Source of the DNA: Mycobacterium leprae TN
GTDB taxonomy: Bacteria > Actinomycetota > Actinomycetes > Mycobacteriales > Mycobacteriaceae
NCBI RefSeq assembly: GCF_000195855.1
Contig: NC_002677.1
Span: forward strand, 660,001 to 692,000
DNA length: 32,000 nt
Direction of reading: 5' to 3'
The notes beneath the pieces are model-generated. The model did not search any database and was not told where the DNA came from. It saw nothing but the letters and a program-made list of their open reading frames with translations. Position 1 is the first letter of the stretch; each line of letters begins with the position of its first letter. The translations under genes and the position numbers were made by a program. Shown here one piece after another: positions 31,634-32,000 of the stretch.

Positions 31634-32000
31634 ACCAATAATCTCCGACAGCTCCAGAACAGTTCCTTCGCCGCATAACACCAACGACCTACTTCGAAGT
31701 TCCTGCTGCCTGTTTACACAAAAATTGAGTTAACCTCGGTTTTTATATTTTGAGCGGAGCCGAGCTATTCTGGTTACATCGCGCATCTGATCACTGAAAT
31801 GGGCTGTGCTGCGGAAAAAGATCGGCGTTGAAAGACATGCCAGATCACATCGAAGGTAGCCAGAATTTTTGGTTACTCCAGAATCGTATTAATTCTGCGT
31901 CTACATCAGTTCAGAAGGCTTTATGGAGCAGTAACTTTAGCTTAGCCCGCTACGTAAAACTCGAGGGAATTGTAAGCGAATGACAGGCGCGTTCGTTGAC

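Overview
GC-rich actinobacterial chromosomal segment. Gene order and protein sequences match, from memory, the metK - priA - fmt - rpe - ribD - (MFS P55/lprG) - ribC - ribA2 - ribH - uvrC - rapZ-like - yvcK-like - whiA block of the Mycobacterium tuberculosis complex (about Rv1392 to Rv1435). Many of the neighbouring genes found there are frameshifted or stop-riddled relics here, which is the reductive-evolution pattern expected of Mycobacterium leprae. This identification rests on recollection only, since no search could be run. I count 18 apparently intact CDS (metK is cut by the window edge) and 6 decayed genes: two tandem esterases, a methyltransferase paralogue, fmu/rsmB, a truncated WS/DGAT, and a DUF3556-like membrane protein. 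There are also two degraded insertion sequences (IS21-like and IS3-like), two tandem repeats (a perfect 37 bp x2 in AT-rich intergenic DNA, and 27 bp x5.5 in frame inside a secreted Pro-rich ORF) and several perfect GC-rich hairpins. I saw no tRNA, rRNA, CRISPR or prophage. Several ORF-track starts are too long and were trimmed using SD sequences and stop/start overlaps. I found no convincing novel multi-gene system. The items most worth a second look are: the AT-rich 37-bp duplication plus hairpin between the MarR gene and the convergent methyltransferase (possible operator or small-RNA unit); an intact PriA whose helicase ATPase motifs are absent; an uncharacterised membrane protein translationally coupled to ribH; and the divergent pair of IS relics at the right-hand end.
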